Source of the DNA: Minisyncoccota bacterium
GTDB lineage: Bacteria > Patescibacteriota > Minisyncoccia > Phycocordibacterales > JAQTLZ01
Direction of reading: 5' to 3'
NCBI GenBank assembly: GCA_028714635.1
Contig: JAQTLZ010000004.1
Coordinates: 32,354-96,353, forward strand
DNA: 64,000 bases
The notes beneath the pieces were generated by a model that was not told the DNA's origin, did not search any database, and saw only the letters and a list, made by a program, of their open reading frames with translations. Both the position numbers and the translations under genes were made by a program. Positions 18,021 through 27,381 of the stretch are shown in pieces. The number at the start of each line of letters is the position of its first letter. The first letter of the stretch is position 1.

Positions 18021-19053
18021 ATCCTACGAGAGAGTATTTTGCGTCTTTGTCTTTCTTGAAGTGCTTCGAGTTTTGGAGGTTAATCGCAATAGTGTTCTCC
18101 TTGACATATCGTTCTTTGAGCACTTTTTCAATGATTTCTTGTTTCGTCAATGGTCCGTGCTTTTCGAGAACCTTCTTGATAACGTCTTTTACCACTCCTG
18201 AAAGATATCCCCATTCAGAAAGAGCATAGAGTCCGCGTCCTACAAGCACGAATCGAGGATCTTTGATGAGCTCGTTGTGACAGGTTGCGACATGAGCCTT
18301 CTTTTTGAACGTATCGGTAATTGCTTTTGCAACTTGAGTGAAGTGGATCGGAGAGCCGTGCTTTCGGATAACGAGAAATGCGTAGTCTCTCATTCCTTTC
18401 GCTTTAATATTTGGAGAAGAAGTTAGTCCCCACTCGCCCATTGGATTTCGGCCGATCTTTTTTGAAACTGAAAGCCATCGCTTGATGATCTCTTCTTTTT
18501 TGAAATGATCAGAAAGATCTTTTACGTAATCAAGGAAAGTGTTGATGATCTCTGATTCCGGAATAATATCGTCGTCGCCAAGGTTTTTGTAAAGTTTTCG
18601 CAGTGATTCGTGTACCTTTGCAGAAAGAGCATCGTCAACATACCATCGGTGCTTGAATTCATCGTCCTCTTTCTCTCGCTTAAAGTTGTGGCTCAAAATC
18701 ATGAGAAAGTTGATGTGATTCTGGGTAGAAGCATCTTTTGCAAGATGACTTAGAAAATCCTCTTCCGCAACAAATCCACCCATTTCATGAAGGATCGCTT
18801 CAAGCTCGTCAAAAGCAGCCTTTTCTTTCTTGTAGCCTTCGGATTTCTTGATGTTGTGAATCGCGTAGTTTTCGATCTGTCGAACTCGTTCTCGAGTGAT
18901 GTTGTATGTCTTGCCGATCGCCTCAAGAGTCATTCGTTCCGGCTTTGCACCAAGCCCAAAACGGCTTACGAGCACATCCCTCGCGCGAGCAGGGAGAACG
19001 CCCAAAAGCTTCTTGGTTATCTGTTTTGGTTTAAATTTAATTGCTGGTGTCAT
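18019..19053 (-). CDS. Sigma-70 region 4 HTH fused to RNA polymerase delta-like (HARE-HTH) winged-helix domains
   Basis: RFGL....MTLEAIGKTYNITRERVRQIE (sigma region 4); C-terminal HNELIKDPRFVLVGRGLYALSEWG. Confidence 0.8.
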   Translation of the reverse strand: MTPAIKFKPKQITKKLLGVLPARARDVLVSRFGLGAKPERMTLEAIGKTYNITRERVRQIENYAIHNIKKSEGYKKEKAAFDELEAILHEMGGFVAEEDFLSHLAKDASTQNHINFLMILSHNFKREKEDDEFKHRWYVDDALSAKVHESLRKLYKNLGDDDIIPESEIINTFLDYVKDLSDHFKKEEIIKRWLSVSKKIGRNPMGEWGLTSSPNIKAKGMRDYAFLVIRKHGSPIHFTQVAKAITDTFKKKAHVATCHNELIKDPRFVLVGRGLYALSEWGYLSGVVKDVIKKVLEKHGPLTKQEIIEKVLKERYVKENTIAINLQNSKHFKKDKDAKYSLVG

Positions 19054-19234
19054 TTGAATAAAATTTTACGTGCGAAGCTTTTTGCTTACATACCTATTTT
19101 CTAGCATTTGTGTGAAATAAAGTCAATTCTGTTGTGAAATAGTGTCTTTTTGGCCTCATTCCCTGTGGTCTTACAATACTATACTCCTCATTTAATGTCA
19201 AATACCCCCCAGAAAAGCTTCAAAATTAAGGTTT

Positions 19235-22200
19235 TTATACGACGATACTCACTAATTTATTTTTTACGTAGATAATTTTTTTCGCGGTCTTTCCCTCCAT
19301 CCACTTCAGCGTTTCTGGAAGTGAGAGAGCTCTTTTCTTGGTCTCCTCCTCCCCCATCTCGCTTTCGACCCTAAATTCTCCGCGCACTTTTCCATTTACT
19401 TGTACGACGATTGTGAAGGACGATGTCCCGATCAAAGCACTATCAAATACAGGCCACTGTGCATCTTTTAGCTCTCCCTTTCCGAATAGTGACCATAATT
19501 CTTGCGTAACATGAGGAGCGAATGGTGAGAGAATTTTGAGAAAATCCGAGAATATTTCTGCTCCGATCTCTGTTTCTTTTTCGGCCTCATTTAAAAACAT
19601 CATCATTGAAGAGATCGCTGTATTGAATTTGAAATCAACGATATCTTCACCAACTTTTTTGATTGTTTTGTGAAGCGAGTTTAAAAGATTCTGCGATGGC
19701 GCTGTTTTGGGCTTTTGGGCGACCTTCTGTGAAAGTTTCCAGACGCGCTCTACAAAGCGCCGTGAACCGATCATGCTTTCTGTACTCCAATTGATGGCAT
19801 TTTCAAACGGACCCATAAACATTTCATAAATACGAAGTGTATCGGCGCCATAGAGCTTGATGATATCATCGGGATTAATAACATTTCCGAATCTTTTACT
19901 CATTTTCTTCCCGTCTTCGGCAAGTATGAGTCCTTGGTTCTTGAGACGCATGAATGGTTCAGTCGTCGAGACCGCTCCGATATCAAAAAGAAATTTGTGC
20001 CAGAAGCGCGCGTAAATAAGATGGCGTGTCGCATGTTCTGTCCCCCCGACGTAGACATCTACAGGCGCCCAATACTTTTCTTTTTTTGGATCTACAAATG
20101 TTTTAGAATTTTTGGGGTCCATGTAGCGGAGATAATACCAAGAAGAGCCCGCCCATTGGGGCATTGTGTTTGTTTCCCGCTTTGCAGGACCATAGCATTT
20201 CGGGCATTTCACATTTACCCATTTTGAAATTTCAGCAAGCGGAGACTCCCCCGTTCCTGTCGGCGCATATGACTTTACTTTGGGCAATTTTACCGGCAAA
20301 TCCTTTTCCGGAACTGGTACAGTCCCGCACTTTTCACAGTGGATTATTGGAATCGGTTCGCCCCAATATCTTTGGCGTGAAAAAACCCAATCGCGCAGGC
20401 GGTAAGTTGTTTTTTTCACAGCAAGCTTGTTTTTTTCCAGGTACGAGATGATGTTCTGTCTTTCCTTTCCGGAGAACTTTCCTTCGAATGCTTTTGGTTC
20501 GTTAAGAACCCCATTTTTCATATCACTGAAACAAACTTCAAGGTTTCGAACTTTTTCAGCAAGGACTTTGTCCGCCGGAAAGAGTACCGGTTTCAAACGA
20601 ATCTTATATTTTTTCGCAAAAGCAAAATCACGTTCGTCATGAACCGAACATTTTACAATTCCCGTACCATAATCAGCTAAAGCAAAACTGGCGATCCAAA
20701 TTGGAAGGTCTCCATTCCCTACCGGGTCTACAATATATCTGCCTGTGAAAATTCCTTCTGATTCTTTTTCTTCCGCGAAGCCTTGTCCCGCACGCTTTTT
20801 AATAAGTCCTGCCGCAAAATCAAGAATCTCTTTTTTGTTCGGTATTCCTTCAAGAAGTTTTGGTAGATATGGGTGATCCGGAGCAATCACGACGAATGTA
20901 TCGGCCGTAAATGCTTCAAAATGAGCCGAAAAGGTCTGAATTGTGAGCTTCGTGTCTTTGACGGGTGCCGTAAAAAGCATTCCTTCTGACTTCCCTATCC
21001 AATTTCTCTGGGATTCTTTGATTGACTCTGGCCAATTCAAGCCCGCTGTTCTTTGCCCCTTTTGGATTCTTGGCAGTATTTTTTTCTGTACCGCGTCTAT
21101 TACATGCGAATAGCGGATTTCATCAGATTCCTCTGATTTATATTCTCCTGTTTGCGGATCTTTGATGAGCGATTCTACCGGATATCCGTCCCAAAAAGTT
21201 TTTGACTGTTGATCCTGCAAAATATATTCCTTGCCTTTTGCAACTAAGTTTTCGGTACCCGATGCATCGGTAAAAGAAAGAGCATAAAGGAATCTGCTTT
21301 TCGATTCCCCGTTCTTTTTCACGAAATCTTTAAGATATTTCACAACCTCCTCATCGCTTGCCCGAGGAGAATTGGGATTCGCGTGTTTCCGCATATGAAC
21401 GACATTTCCATCATTTTCGGGCCATTTCTCCATCCAGAAAATGTGGTCGCTTGAAAGGGTAGGAATTCCAGTCTTTTTAAAATAATATTCGGATTTTTTC
21501 CGAGCGTTTTCCTCGAAGTCATCGCCTTCTACGAGATCGGAATCATCAATTTTTGCTATGTCGTCTAGGGATAGTAACGTTATTCCGCTTTCTTTGGGAA
21601 CGCATCTCCTCCACATTTCTACTTTGGCATTATTTCTCGTTCCGATAAGAATTTTCAGAGGTTCTTTTTGAACTGGCGCGTCGAGATCAGCAAGAAGACG
21701 TTCTGCGTAGTCGGTGATTTTCAAAATCCATTGCCGCATCGGACGTTTTTCCACGACAGAACCACATCGTTCGCATTTTCCATCTTCCAAGTCTTCATTC
21801 GCGAGTCCCGTCTGGCAGGATGGACACCAATTGATCGGTTCGTATGATTCATATGCCAATCCTTTTTTGAAAAGCTCCAAGAATATCCACTGCGTCCATT
21901 TGTAGTATTTCGGATCAGTCGTGTTTATCTCCCGGGTCCAATCATAATTGAAACCCATAATGGAGAGCTGTTCTTTAAAACGCTTGATATTTTTCTTCAC
22001 AGCAATTTCGGGATGAATCTTATTTTTTATCGCGTAGTTTTCCGCGGGCAAGCCAAAAGCGTCCCAACCCATAGGGTGGAGGATGTTATATCCTTTCATT
22101 TGCATAAAGCGCGAGTAGATGTCGGTAGCTATGTAGCCTTTTGGGTGACCCACATGAAGACCGTCTCCCGAAGGATATGGAAACATGTCCAAGACATAAT

Positions 22201-22300
22201 GTTTTGGCTTTTTCGGATCTTCATGGGAGGTGTAGACTTTTTTCCGAGCCCATTCTTTTTGCCACTTCTTTTCGATCTTTAGATGATCGTATTTTTGCAT
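19235..22300 (-). CDS. leuS: Leucine--tRNA ligase with an inserted Ham1/ITPase-like domain
   Basis: MFPYPSG.GLHVGH (HIGH), DWVFSRQRYWGEPIP, KMSKR. About 210 extra residues lie between LLADLD and LNWPESIK. Start placed at MQKYDH. Confidence 0.96.
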   Translation of the reverse strand: MQKYDHLKIEKKWQKEWARKKVYTSHEDPKKPKHYVLDMFPYPSGDGLHVGHPKGYIATDIYSRFMQMKGYNILHPMGWDAFGLPAENYAIKNKIHPEIAVKKNIKRFKEQLSIMGFNYDWTREINTTDPKYYKWTQWIFLELFKKGLAYESYEPINWCPSCQTGLANEDLEDGKCERCGSVVEKRPMRQWILKITDYAERLLADLDAPVQKEPLKILIGTRNNAKVEMWRRCVPKESGITLLSLDDIAKIDDSDLVEGDDFEENARKKSEYYFKKTGIPTLSSDHIFWMEKWPENDGNVVHMRKHANPNSPRASDEEVVKYLKDFVKKNGESKSRFLYALSFTDASGTENLVAKGKEYILQDQQSKTFWDGYPVESLIKDPQTGEYKSEESDEIRYSHVIDAVQKKILPRIQKGQRTAGLNWPESIKESQRNWIGKSEGMLFTAPVKDTKLTIQTFSAHFEAFTADTFVVIAPDHPYLPKLLEGIPNKKEILDFAAGLIKKRAGQGFAEEKESEGIFTGRYIVDPVGNGDLPIWIASFALADYGTGIVKCSVHDERDFAFAKKYKIRLKPVLFPADKVLAEKVRNLEVCFSDMKNGVLNEPKAFEGKFSGKERQNIISYLEKNKLAVKKTTYRLRDWVFSRQRYWGEPIPIIHCEKCGTVPVPEKDLPVKLPKVKSYAPTGTGESPLAEISKWVNVKCPKCYGPAKRETNTMPQWAGSSWYYLRYMDPKNSKTFVDPKKEKYWAPVDVYVGGTEHATRHLIYARFWHKFLFDIGAVSTTEPFMRLKNQGLILAEDGKKMSKRFGNVINPDDIIKLYGADTLRIYEMFMGPFENAINWSTESMIGSRRFVERVWKLSQKVAQKPKTAPSQNLLNSLHKTIKKVGEDIVDFKFNTAISSMMMFLNEAEKETEIGAEIFSDFLKILSPFAPHVTQELWSLFGKGELKDAQWPVFDSALIGTSSFTIVVQVNGKVRGEFRVESEMGEEETKKRALSLPETLKWMEGKTAKKIIYVKNKLVSIVV

Positions 22301-22319
22301 GAACTTTAGAATACAATAC

Positions 22320-22353
22320 AAAAAACGCCGGCGCAACACGCCGGCGTTTTTTT
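22320..22353 (-). terminator. Intrinsic terminator / hairpin
   Basis: aaaaaacgccggcg-caaca-cgccggcgttttttt. Confidence 0.6.
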
Positions 22354-22357
22354 GGAA

Positions 22358-23281
22358 TTATTTTTTGGGAGGCGGATAGAGCTGTGTATCAATTACTCGG
22401 GCAAAACAGGTGTAGCCAGAGTCATGGCTCCAGTTGTAATCTTGCGATCGTATGGGTGCGAGAGGCGCGGACACTTCGGTAAATTTTGGAGACGTAACTT
22501 TTAAGTTGAAGGTGGCGCAAAGATCGAATAAAAGCCCACCAGTAAAACGGTAAACATACTCTCTTCCCTCAGGATCTTGAGGTACACTCCAGCCAGAAAT
22601 TGAATCATTTAGCTCAGAGAGTTTTTTGGGAAGTTCGCCCTTTTTCTGCCAATAGTTCACGATCTGATATTGGATATTCTGTAGGTCGTAGATTCTTTGT
22701 TCGTCGAAGCGTAATGCTCTCTCCCGCGCTGGCGAGCCTACGGTAAGAAGTCCGCCGACAAGGAGAGCTACGACTGCAAGAGCGGAGATGATGAATGCCC
22801 ATCGAGCACGCTTTTTTCCATCAGCTTCTTCCCGCAGATCAATGATGTAATAGCTAAAGATTCCTCCGGTCACGATGACGACTGACAGGACCTTCAGGAT
22901 AAATCGCAAGGTTATCTCGCCATTCAGGAATGTGTTGATGAGGACGATGAGAGTTACCGCAACAGCGGCTCCGGCCAGAAAAAGAGTGATGTAAGTGAGC
23001 CATCGGCGTACCCAGGTATTTTTCCGCGAAGGTTCAAGTCTTTCAGTCTTGCGCGCAAAATATGAAAAAACGATATAGAGCGGAAAGCCCACAATGAGCG
23101 TTGCCATGGCGATACGGATGCTTTGCGGTGCGCCATAGGAGTAATTCAGGGCATCTGGCATGAGGTATTCAAGAATACCGAAAAGGATATTGAGGAAAGC
23201 AATAGTTGATGCATACAGCGTTATCGAGATGGCGACGTTTAAAAAGAAGTCTTTTGGGGTGGTTTTGGTTTGTGGTTCCAT
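22358..23281 (-). CDS. Multi-pass membrane protein (DUF5671-like) with a C-terminal soluble domain
   Basis: PKDFFL, several TM helices, VRRWLTYITLF, FLNGEITLRFILK, GSPARER..RFDEQR. Confidence 0.65.
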   Translation of the reverse strand: MEPQTKTTPKDFFLNVAISITLYASTIAFLNILFGILEYLMPDALNYSYGAPQSIRIAMATLIVGFPLYIVFSYFARKTERLEPSRKNTWVRRWLTYITLFLAGAAVAVTLIVLINTFLNGEITLRFILKVLSVVIVTGGIFSYYIIDLREEADGKKRARWAFIISALAVVALLVGGLLTVGSPARERALRFDEQRIYDLQNIQYQIVNYWQKKGELPKKLSELNDSISGWSVPQDPEGREYVYRFTGGLLFDLCATFNLKVTSPKFTEVSAPLAPIRSQDYNWSHDSGYTCFARVIDTQLYPPPKK

Positions 23282-23413
23282 GGATTTATAAGTGAGGATA
23301 ATACCGAATTATATCCCCTTTTTTGCTTTGACAAAAGGGCGAGCGGGTATAATCTGGATGGAGGTTGTTTGGCGCTGTTACACATTGGAATCGAGCCTGG
23401 GAGGGCCACGGTA

Positions 23414-23914
23414 ATGAGTGAATCACCCGCTGTAAGTGTCGATCAAGATGTCCGCACACAATTGGAGCGTCTCATTTCGCTCTTTGACACGTTCCATTGT
23501 GTTGGCGCTATCGTCGCCTGCGCCTCGATCTTTGTTTTCGGAATTTTCATCTGGGATGTCTCCTATCTAGTGGCGGGAATCGAATCGGCATTTTCAGCGC
23601 TGGTCTTCTTCGTCTACTTTCTCGTCGCCGACATCTTTGATGAACGGAGTGATGACGATGAGGAAGACGATCTCAGGGAAGCCGTTACCAGCTATCCCGA
23701 AGAGTTTTTGCGGATAAGGAGCAATTCCTTCCTGATTGGGTGGGCCCTTCTTTTCCTCATCGTGACCTGCACTCCTATAGTCCAGGAGGGAATCCTTGCT
23801 TCGCTGGTGGGGACTGTGGCTTGTTTTGCTTTAGGGATAGGTTTCCCGACCAGACTCTGCACTATTTTCTGGTATTGGGGAGATAAAAAATCACGCTGGC
23901 AAACGATTGTATGA
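23414..23914 (+). CDS. Orphan membrane protein (about 4 TM)
   Basis: GGGAGGG RBS before ATG 23414, TTGACA/TATAAT upstream, hydrophobic segments around an acidic loop, terminator hairpin at ~23928-23963. Confidence 0.55.
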   Translation: MSESPAVSVDQDVRTQLERLISLFDTFHCVGAIVACASIFVFGIFIWDVSYLVAGIESAFSALVFFVYFLVADIFDERSDDDEEDDLREAVTSYPEEFLRIRSNSFLIGWALLFLIVTCTPIVQEGILASLVGTVACFALGIGFPTRLCTIFWYWGDKKSRWQTIV

Positions 23915-24032
23915 CAGTTTCGCAGTGACTCTTGGGGTCCGTTTGGGCTCCGAGAGTTTTTTTATGTTTAATCCCCAAACCACTGATTTTTAAAAAAAAA
24001 GGAGAAACGCGGTAGCGGATCTCCTTTCCATT

Positions 24033-24857
24033 TCAAAACTTTTTGATTTGCAGGCATCTTTCCATTTTCTCAAAAAGCCTGGGGTTTCTTCGCACATGCT
24101 TGAATGCCGAACCCCAGGGATCCAAATGGTGTCTGGCATATGAATACACCTCGACGAGCCGATCAATCCCGATCGTCTTTTCGTCCGCTTCCGGTGCATA
24201 GTTATTCAGCCGGCGAGCGAGTGCTTCGAGTGCTTCATCGCCAACAGCTAGGATTCGCATCGACCAGTCGTTTTTTCCTATCCAGTGTCTGCGCACATAA
24301 AGTCCGGCTGATATTCTTTGATAGCCGAACAATGTTGTTGCTGACAAAGTCGTGCGGTTGAGCTGGAGACTTAGCAGTGTTCGATAGGGGTTAAACATCA
24401 TTGTCCGCCGATCGTACGTCAGAATTCCCTGGCCGGACTGTATGAGTGTCACATCCAAATTTTCCGGGTCGAATTCAAAGCCCTGTTCTGGGACTTTTCC
24501 GAAAACACATATTCCTTTCGGCAAGTGTTTGTCTACGCGAAAACAGTACACTTCGAAATGTCCCACCAGCTGTCCTGGACATTCTCTTGCGTCCTGAAGA
24601 AGTAAGTGAAGCTTCCTACTTTCTCTTTCTATCGTCGCGCCATTCTTCGTCTTTTTTTCTTCACGGTCCAATTTTGCCAGCTGTGCGAACACCAATGCAG
24701 TTATCTCTTCTCTTGAAAGGAGTTGGTGTTTATTCTCGTAGCCACCCTTCTCAATTCGTTCGACGAAGTCTAAAAGTTTTCTCCGCAACGCACTTTCCTT
24801 CCTGGTTACTCTTCGGTATTCGGCGTACAAGCGCCGAAAATCGTTCTCGACGCTCAT
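24033..24857 (-). CDS. Orphan hypothetical protein
   Basis: 274-aa ORF with a purine-rich RBS (AGGGGG); no recognisable motif. Confidence 0.55.
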   Translation of the reverse strand: MSVENDFRRLYAEYRRVTRKESALRRKLLDFVERIEKGGYENKHQLLSREEITALVFAQLAKLDREEKKTKNGATIERESRKLHLLLQDARECPGQLVGHFEVYCFRVDKHLPKGICVFGKVPEQGFEFDPENLDVTLIQSGQGILTYDRRTMMFNPYRTLLSLQLNRTTLSATTLFGYQRISAGLYVRRHWIGKNDWSMRILAVGDEALEALARRLNNYAPEADEKTIGIDRLVEVYSYARHHLDPWGSAFKHVRRNPRLFEKMERCLQIKKF

Positions 24858-24949
24858 GGTTTTGTCCCCCTGGGTTTTTGTTGAACAGCACTATCCCCCA
24901 AACTATCATAGTCGACACATTATGCAAAGTTCTCGAAAAGAATTAAAAA

Positions 24950-25014
24950 CTAGATTTTGAATTCGATGACCCCGGTACCACAGCGAAGCTGGCTACGGGG
25001 CAAGCATCCCCATC
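24950..25014 (-). pseudogene. Duplicated, recoded 3' fragment of ychF interrupted by a 35-bp hairpin insert
   Basis: With 24970-25004 removed, the minus strand reads GAT GGG GAT GTC ATC GAA TTC AAA ATC TAG = DGDVIEFKI*, the same peptide as the ychF C-terminus. Confidence 0.75.
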
Positions 25015-25023
25015 AATTTAGTG

Positions 25024-26022
25024 TTATATCTTAAACTCGATGACATCTCCGTCATGCACGACATATTCTTTTCCTTCAGTTCGAACGAGGCCTTTTTCAC
25101 GCGCTGTGGCATATGACCCGGCTTCTAGGAGTTTGTCTGATTCTATAATTTCCGCTCTCACGAATTTATCTTTAAAATCTGTATGAATTGCTGTGCCAGC
25201 GAGCGGAGCAGTCCAGCCTTTTTGAATTGTCCATGCGCGAGTTTCGTCTTCTCCTGTTGTGAAATAGGTGATGAGGCCAAGGATTTCATAGCTTTTTGCA
25301 ATCAGAGTATCAAGTCCTGTGCCGAATACTGGATCAATTTCAATAAATGGCCCTGGGATCTTTGCTTTCACGTCGTCTGCGTTTTCAGCTGCGGCGGAAA
25401 TATTGAGTGCGTAGAGAATCGGCTTCATGGTCAGAAGATGGAGTGATTTCACAATTTCTTTTTCCTCGACATTCATCTCGGTAGTTTGAGCGAGCTTCCC
25501 GGCTTCTAAAATCGGACGAATTTTTTCAAGGAGAGCATTTTCTGCAACAGCTTTCTTATCGCCGCGCTTAAGGTCGCTTTTTATGTTTGCCATCCGCTTT
25601 GTGACAGTTTCGAGGTCGGCGAGAATAAGTTCCAAGTTAATTACTTCAATATCAGAAAGAGGCTCAACTTTTCCTGCAACATGGATAATATCAGCGTCTT
25701 TGAAAATACGCACAACTTCGAGAATCGCATCAGTTTCGCGGATGTTTGCGAGAAATTTATTGCCAAGCCCCTGCCCTTCTGCCGCGCCCTTCACAAGTCC
25801 TGCAATGTCGACGAATTCTACTGCAGCTGGGATTGTTTTTTTAGATTTACTAAAATCAGAAAGTTTTTGCAGTCTCTCGTCCGGCACGGCGACAACTCCG
25901 ACAGACGGGTCTATAGTGCAGAAAGGATAATTTTCTGCAGGAACACTCTTTTTTGTGAGTGCATTAAAAAGAGTGCTTTTTCCAACATTTGGTAAACCAA
26001 CAATACCTATACTAAGTGCCAT
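25024..26022 (-). CDS. ychF: Redox-regulated ATPase YchF
   Basis: GIVGLPNVGKSTLFN, NYPFCTIDP, DIAGLVKGA, IHTDF, EGKEYVVHDGDVIEF. Confidence 0.97.
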   Translation of the reverse strand: MALSIGIVGLPNVGKSTLFNALTKKSVPAENYPFCTIDPSVGVVAVPDERLQKLSDFSKSKKTIPAAVEFVDIAGLVKGAAEGQGLGNKFLANIRETDAILEVVRIFKDADIIHVAGKVEPLSDIEVINLELILADLETVTKRMANIKSDLKRGDKKAVAENALLEKIRPILEAGKLAQTTEMNVEEKEIVKSLHLLTMKPILYALNISAAAENADDVKAKIPGPFIEIDPVFGTGLDTLIAKSYEILGLITYFTTGEDETRAWTIQKGWTAPLAGTAIHTDFKDKFVRAEIIESDKLLEAGSYATAREKGLVRTEGKEYVVHDGDVIEFKI

Positions 26023-26109
26023 TGTGGTACTGTAGCACAAAAGAAGGCCAAGAAAAAATGACGCTCCCCAATCGAGCGTCATTCGGTCTCTTTTTGCGTG
26101 AAAGAGATT

Positions 26110-26436
26110 TCATTCTGGGCAGAGATCTGTGAGGAGCTGAAGTCGGAAAGAAATCGGATCTTCCAGGCCTTTGGGAATGTCAGGCAAAACCTCCTCAAGA
26201 GTCATTCCGACAGTTGAAGAAATGTTGAGGATCTCATTCCAAGTCAGATCAGTCGCCGTGACCCGGCTTTTAAAATCAGGGTAAACAGCATCGATTGACG
26301 ACAAGCTTTCCCTCGTGCCGTTTTGTGGACCCTTCCTGATTCTCGCAATGTATTGAGCAAGTCGTTTGTGAATTTTGACCCGCTCTTTTGCGAGAACTTG
26401 TCGGAACTCCCTCTCCTGTCTTCTTGTGAAAGTCAC
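26110..26436 (-). CDS. Orphan hypothetical protein
   Basis: GAGGAGG RBS 8 nt before GTG 26436 (alternative start 26472); hairpin aatgacgctc...gagcgtcatt downstream. Confidence 0.5.
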   Translation of the reverse strand: MTFTRRQEREFRQVLAKERVKIHKRLAQYIARIRKGPQNGTRESLSSIDAVYPDFKSRVTATDLTWNEILNISSTVGMTLEEVLPDIPKGLEDPISFRLQLLTDLCPE

Positions 26437-26520
26437 TTGCGTACCCTCCTCACAAAAGTCGAACGCCACCACTCAAAGTACGTCTGCTAAACTAGCATAT
26501 ATTGTACCAGCGGAAGCTCC

Positions 26521-26742
26521 TTAAAGTATAGAGCGTAATTCACTTTCGTAAGATTTCATGACTTCCATCGTTGCGGACATCTGATCTTTTTCTCCTTTTA
26601 TTTTTTCCTGGACTTCAAGAGCAATTTTTTGAAAAAGTTCCGGATTTTTTTCAATCATCTTTAGCATTTTCTCTTGCTCCGCTTCCGGCACGCCTTTCAT
26701 TTTGCTCGCAAGCATTTTCCGCATTAAAAATTCTTTGAACAT
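26521..26742 (-). CDS. Small conserved hypothetical protein
   Basis: MFKEFLMRKML...KNPELFQKIA helical protein, co-oriented with and close to the upstream gene. Confidence 0.6.
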   Translation of the reverse strand: MFKEFLMRKMLASKMKGVPEAEQEKMLKMIEKNPELFQKIALEVQEKIKGEKDQMSATMEVMKSYESELRSIL

Positions 26743-26748
26743 AGAATT

Positions 26749-27336
26749 TTATTTTCCTTCTCTTCCCCATCGCTCGAGCATTTGTGCGTGCTTCGTTTTT
26801 CCTTCAGCCGTTTTAAATTTCATAAGACCGATCTTTTTTACTCTAACCGGAGAGAAGCCTGCAAATTTGAGAATACCGAAGTGCATTTCGTTCGTTATAT
26901 CTCCAAAGAGGAGCCTTGCAATAAAAGGAATATTATCCATTGTCACAATAATTCGAGCACTTCGCCCTTTGAGTGCCCCGTGCCAGATGACTCCCTTTAA
27001 AAACCCTTCTTTTTTGAAATGGTAGGCAAACCCGGGAAGCCAAACACGGTCGAAAAAACCCTTGAGAAGCGAAGGCATTCCTGCCCACCAGACAGGATAG
27101 AGAACCACAAAATGTTCGCACCATTTGATATCTTCTTGGGCTTTGAGAAGGTCGGGCTCTAGTGCCTGTATCTCTTTATATCCCTTATGCAGTATCGGGT
27201 CGAATTTCAGGTCTCCAAGTCTCGTCATACGCACCTCATGCTCGGCAGCACGAGCTCCAAGTTCATAGGCAGTGGCGAGGCGGGCGCACTCGCTGTCGCT
27301 GTCAGGATGCCCAACTAAAATAAAAATCTTTGCCAT
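26749..27336 (-). CDS. NAD(P)H-dependent oxidoreductase, flavodoxin-like fold (MdaB/KefF type)
   Basis: ILVGHP, LEPDL, YPVWWAGMPSLLKGFFDRV, LKGRSARIIVT. Confidence 0.9.
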   Translation of the reverse strand: MAKIFILVGHPDSDSECARLATAYELGARAAEHEVRMTRLGDLKFDPILHKGYKEIQALEPDLLKAQEDIKWCEHFVVLYPVWWAGMPSLLKGFFDRVWLPGFAYHFKKEGFLKGVIWHGALKGRSARIIVTMDNIPFIARLLFGDITNEMHFGILKFAGFSPVRVKKIGLMKFKTAEGKTKHAQMLERWGREGK

Positions 27337-27381
27337 ATTTTTATAAGAAGTTATGCGCCATATTCTATCATAATCGTGAGT

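Noticed and set aside
21044-21679. LeuRS insertion as an intein or intron
   Set aside because: No Cys/Ser start, His-Asn end or homing-endonuclease motif; the frame is continuous and the motifs are Ham1-like.
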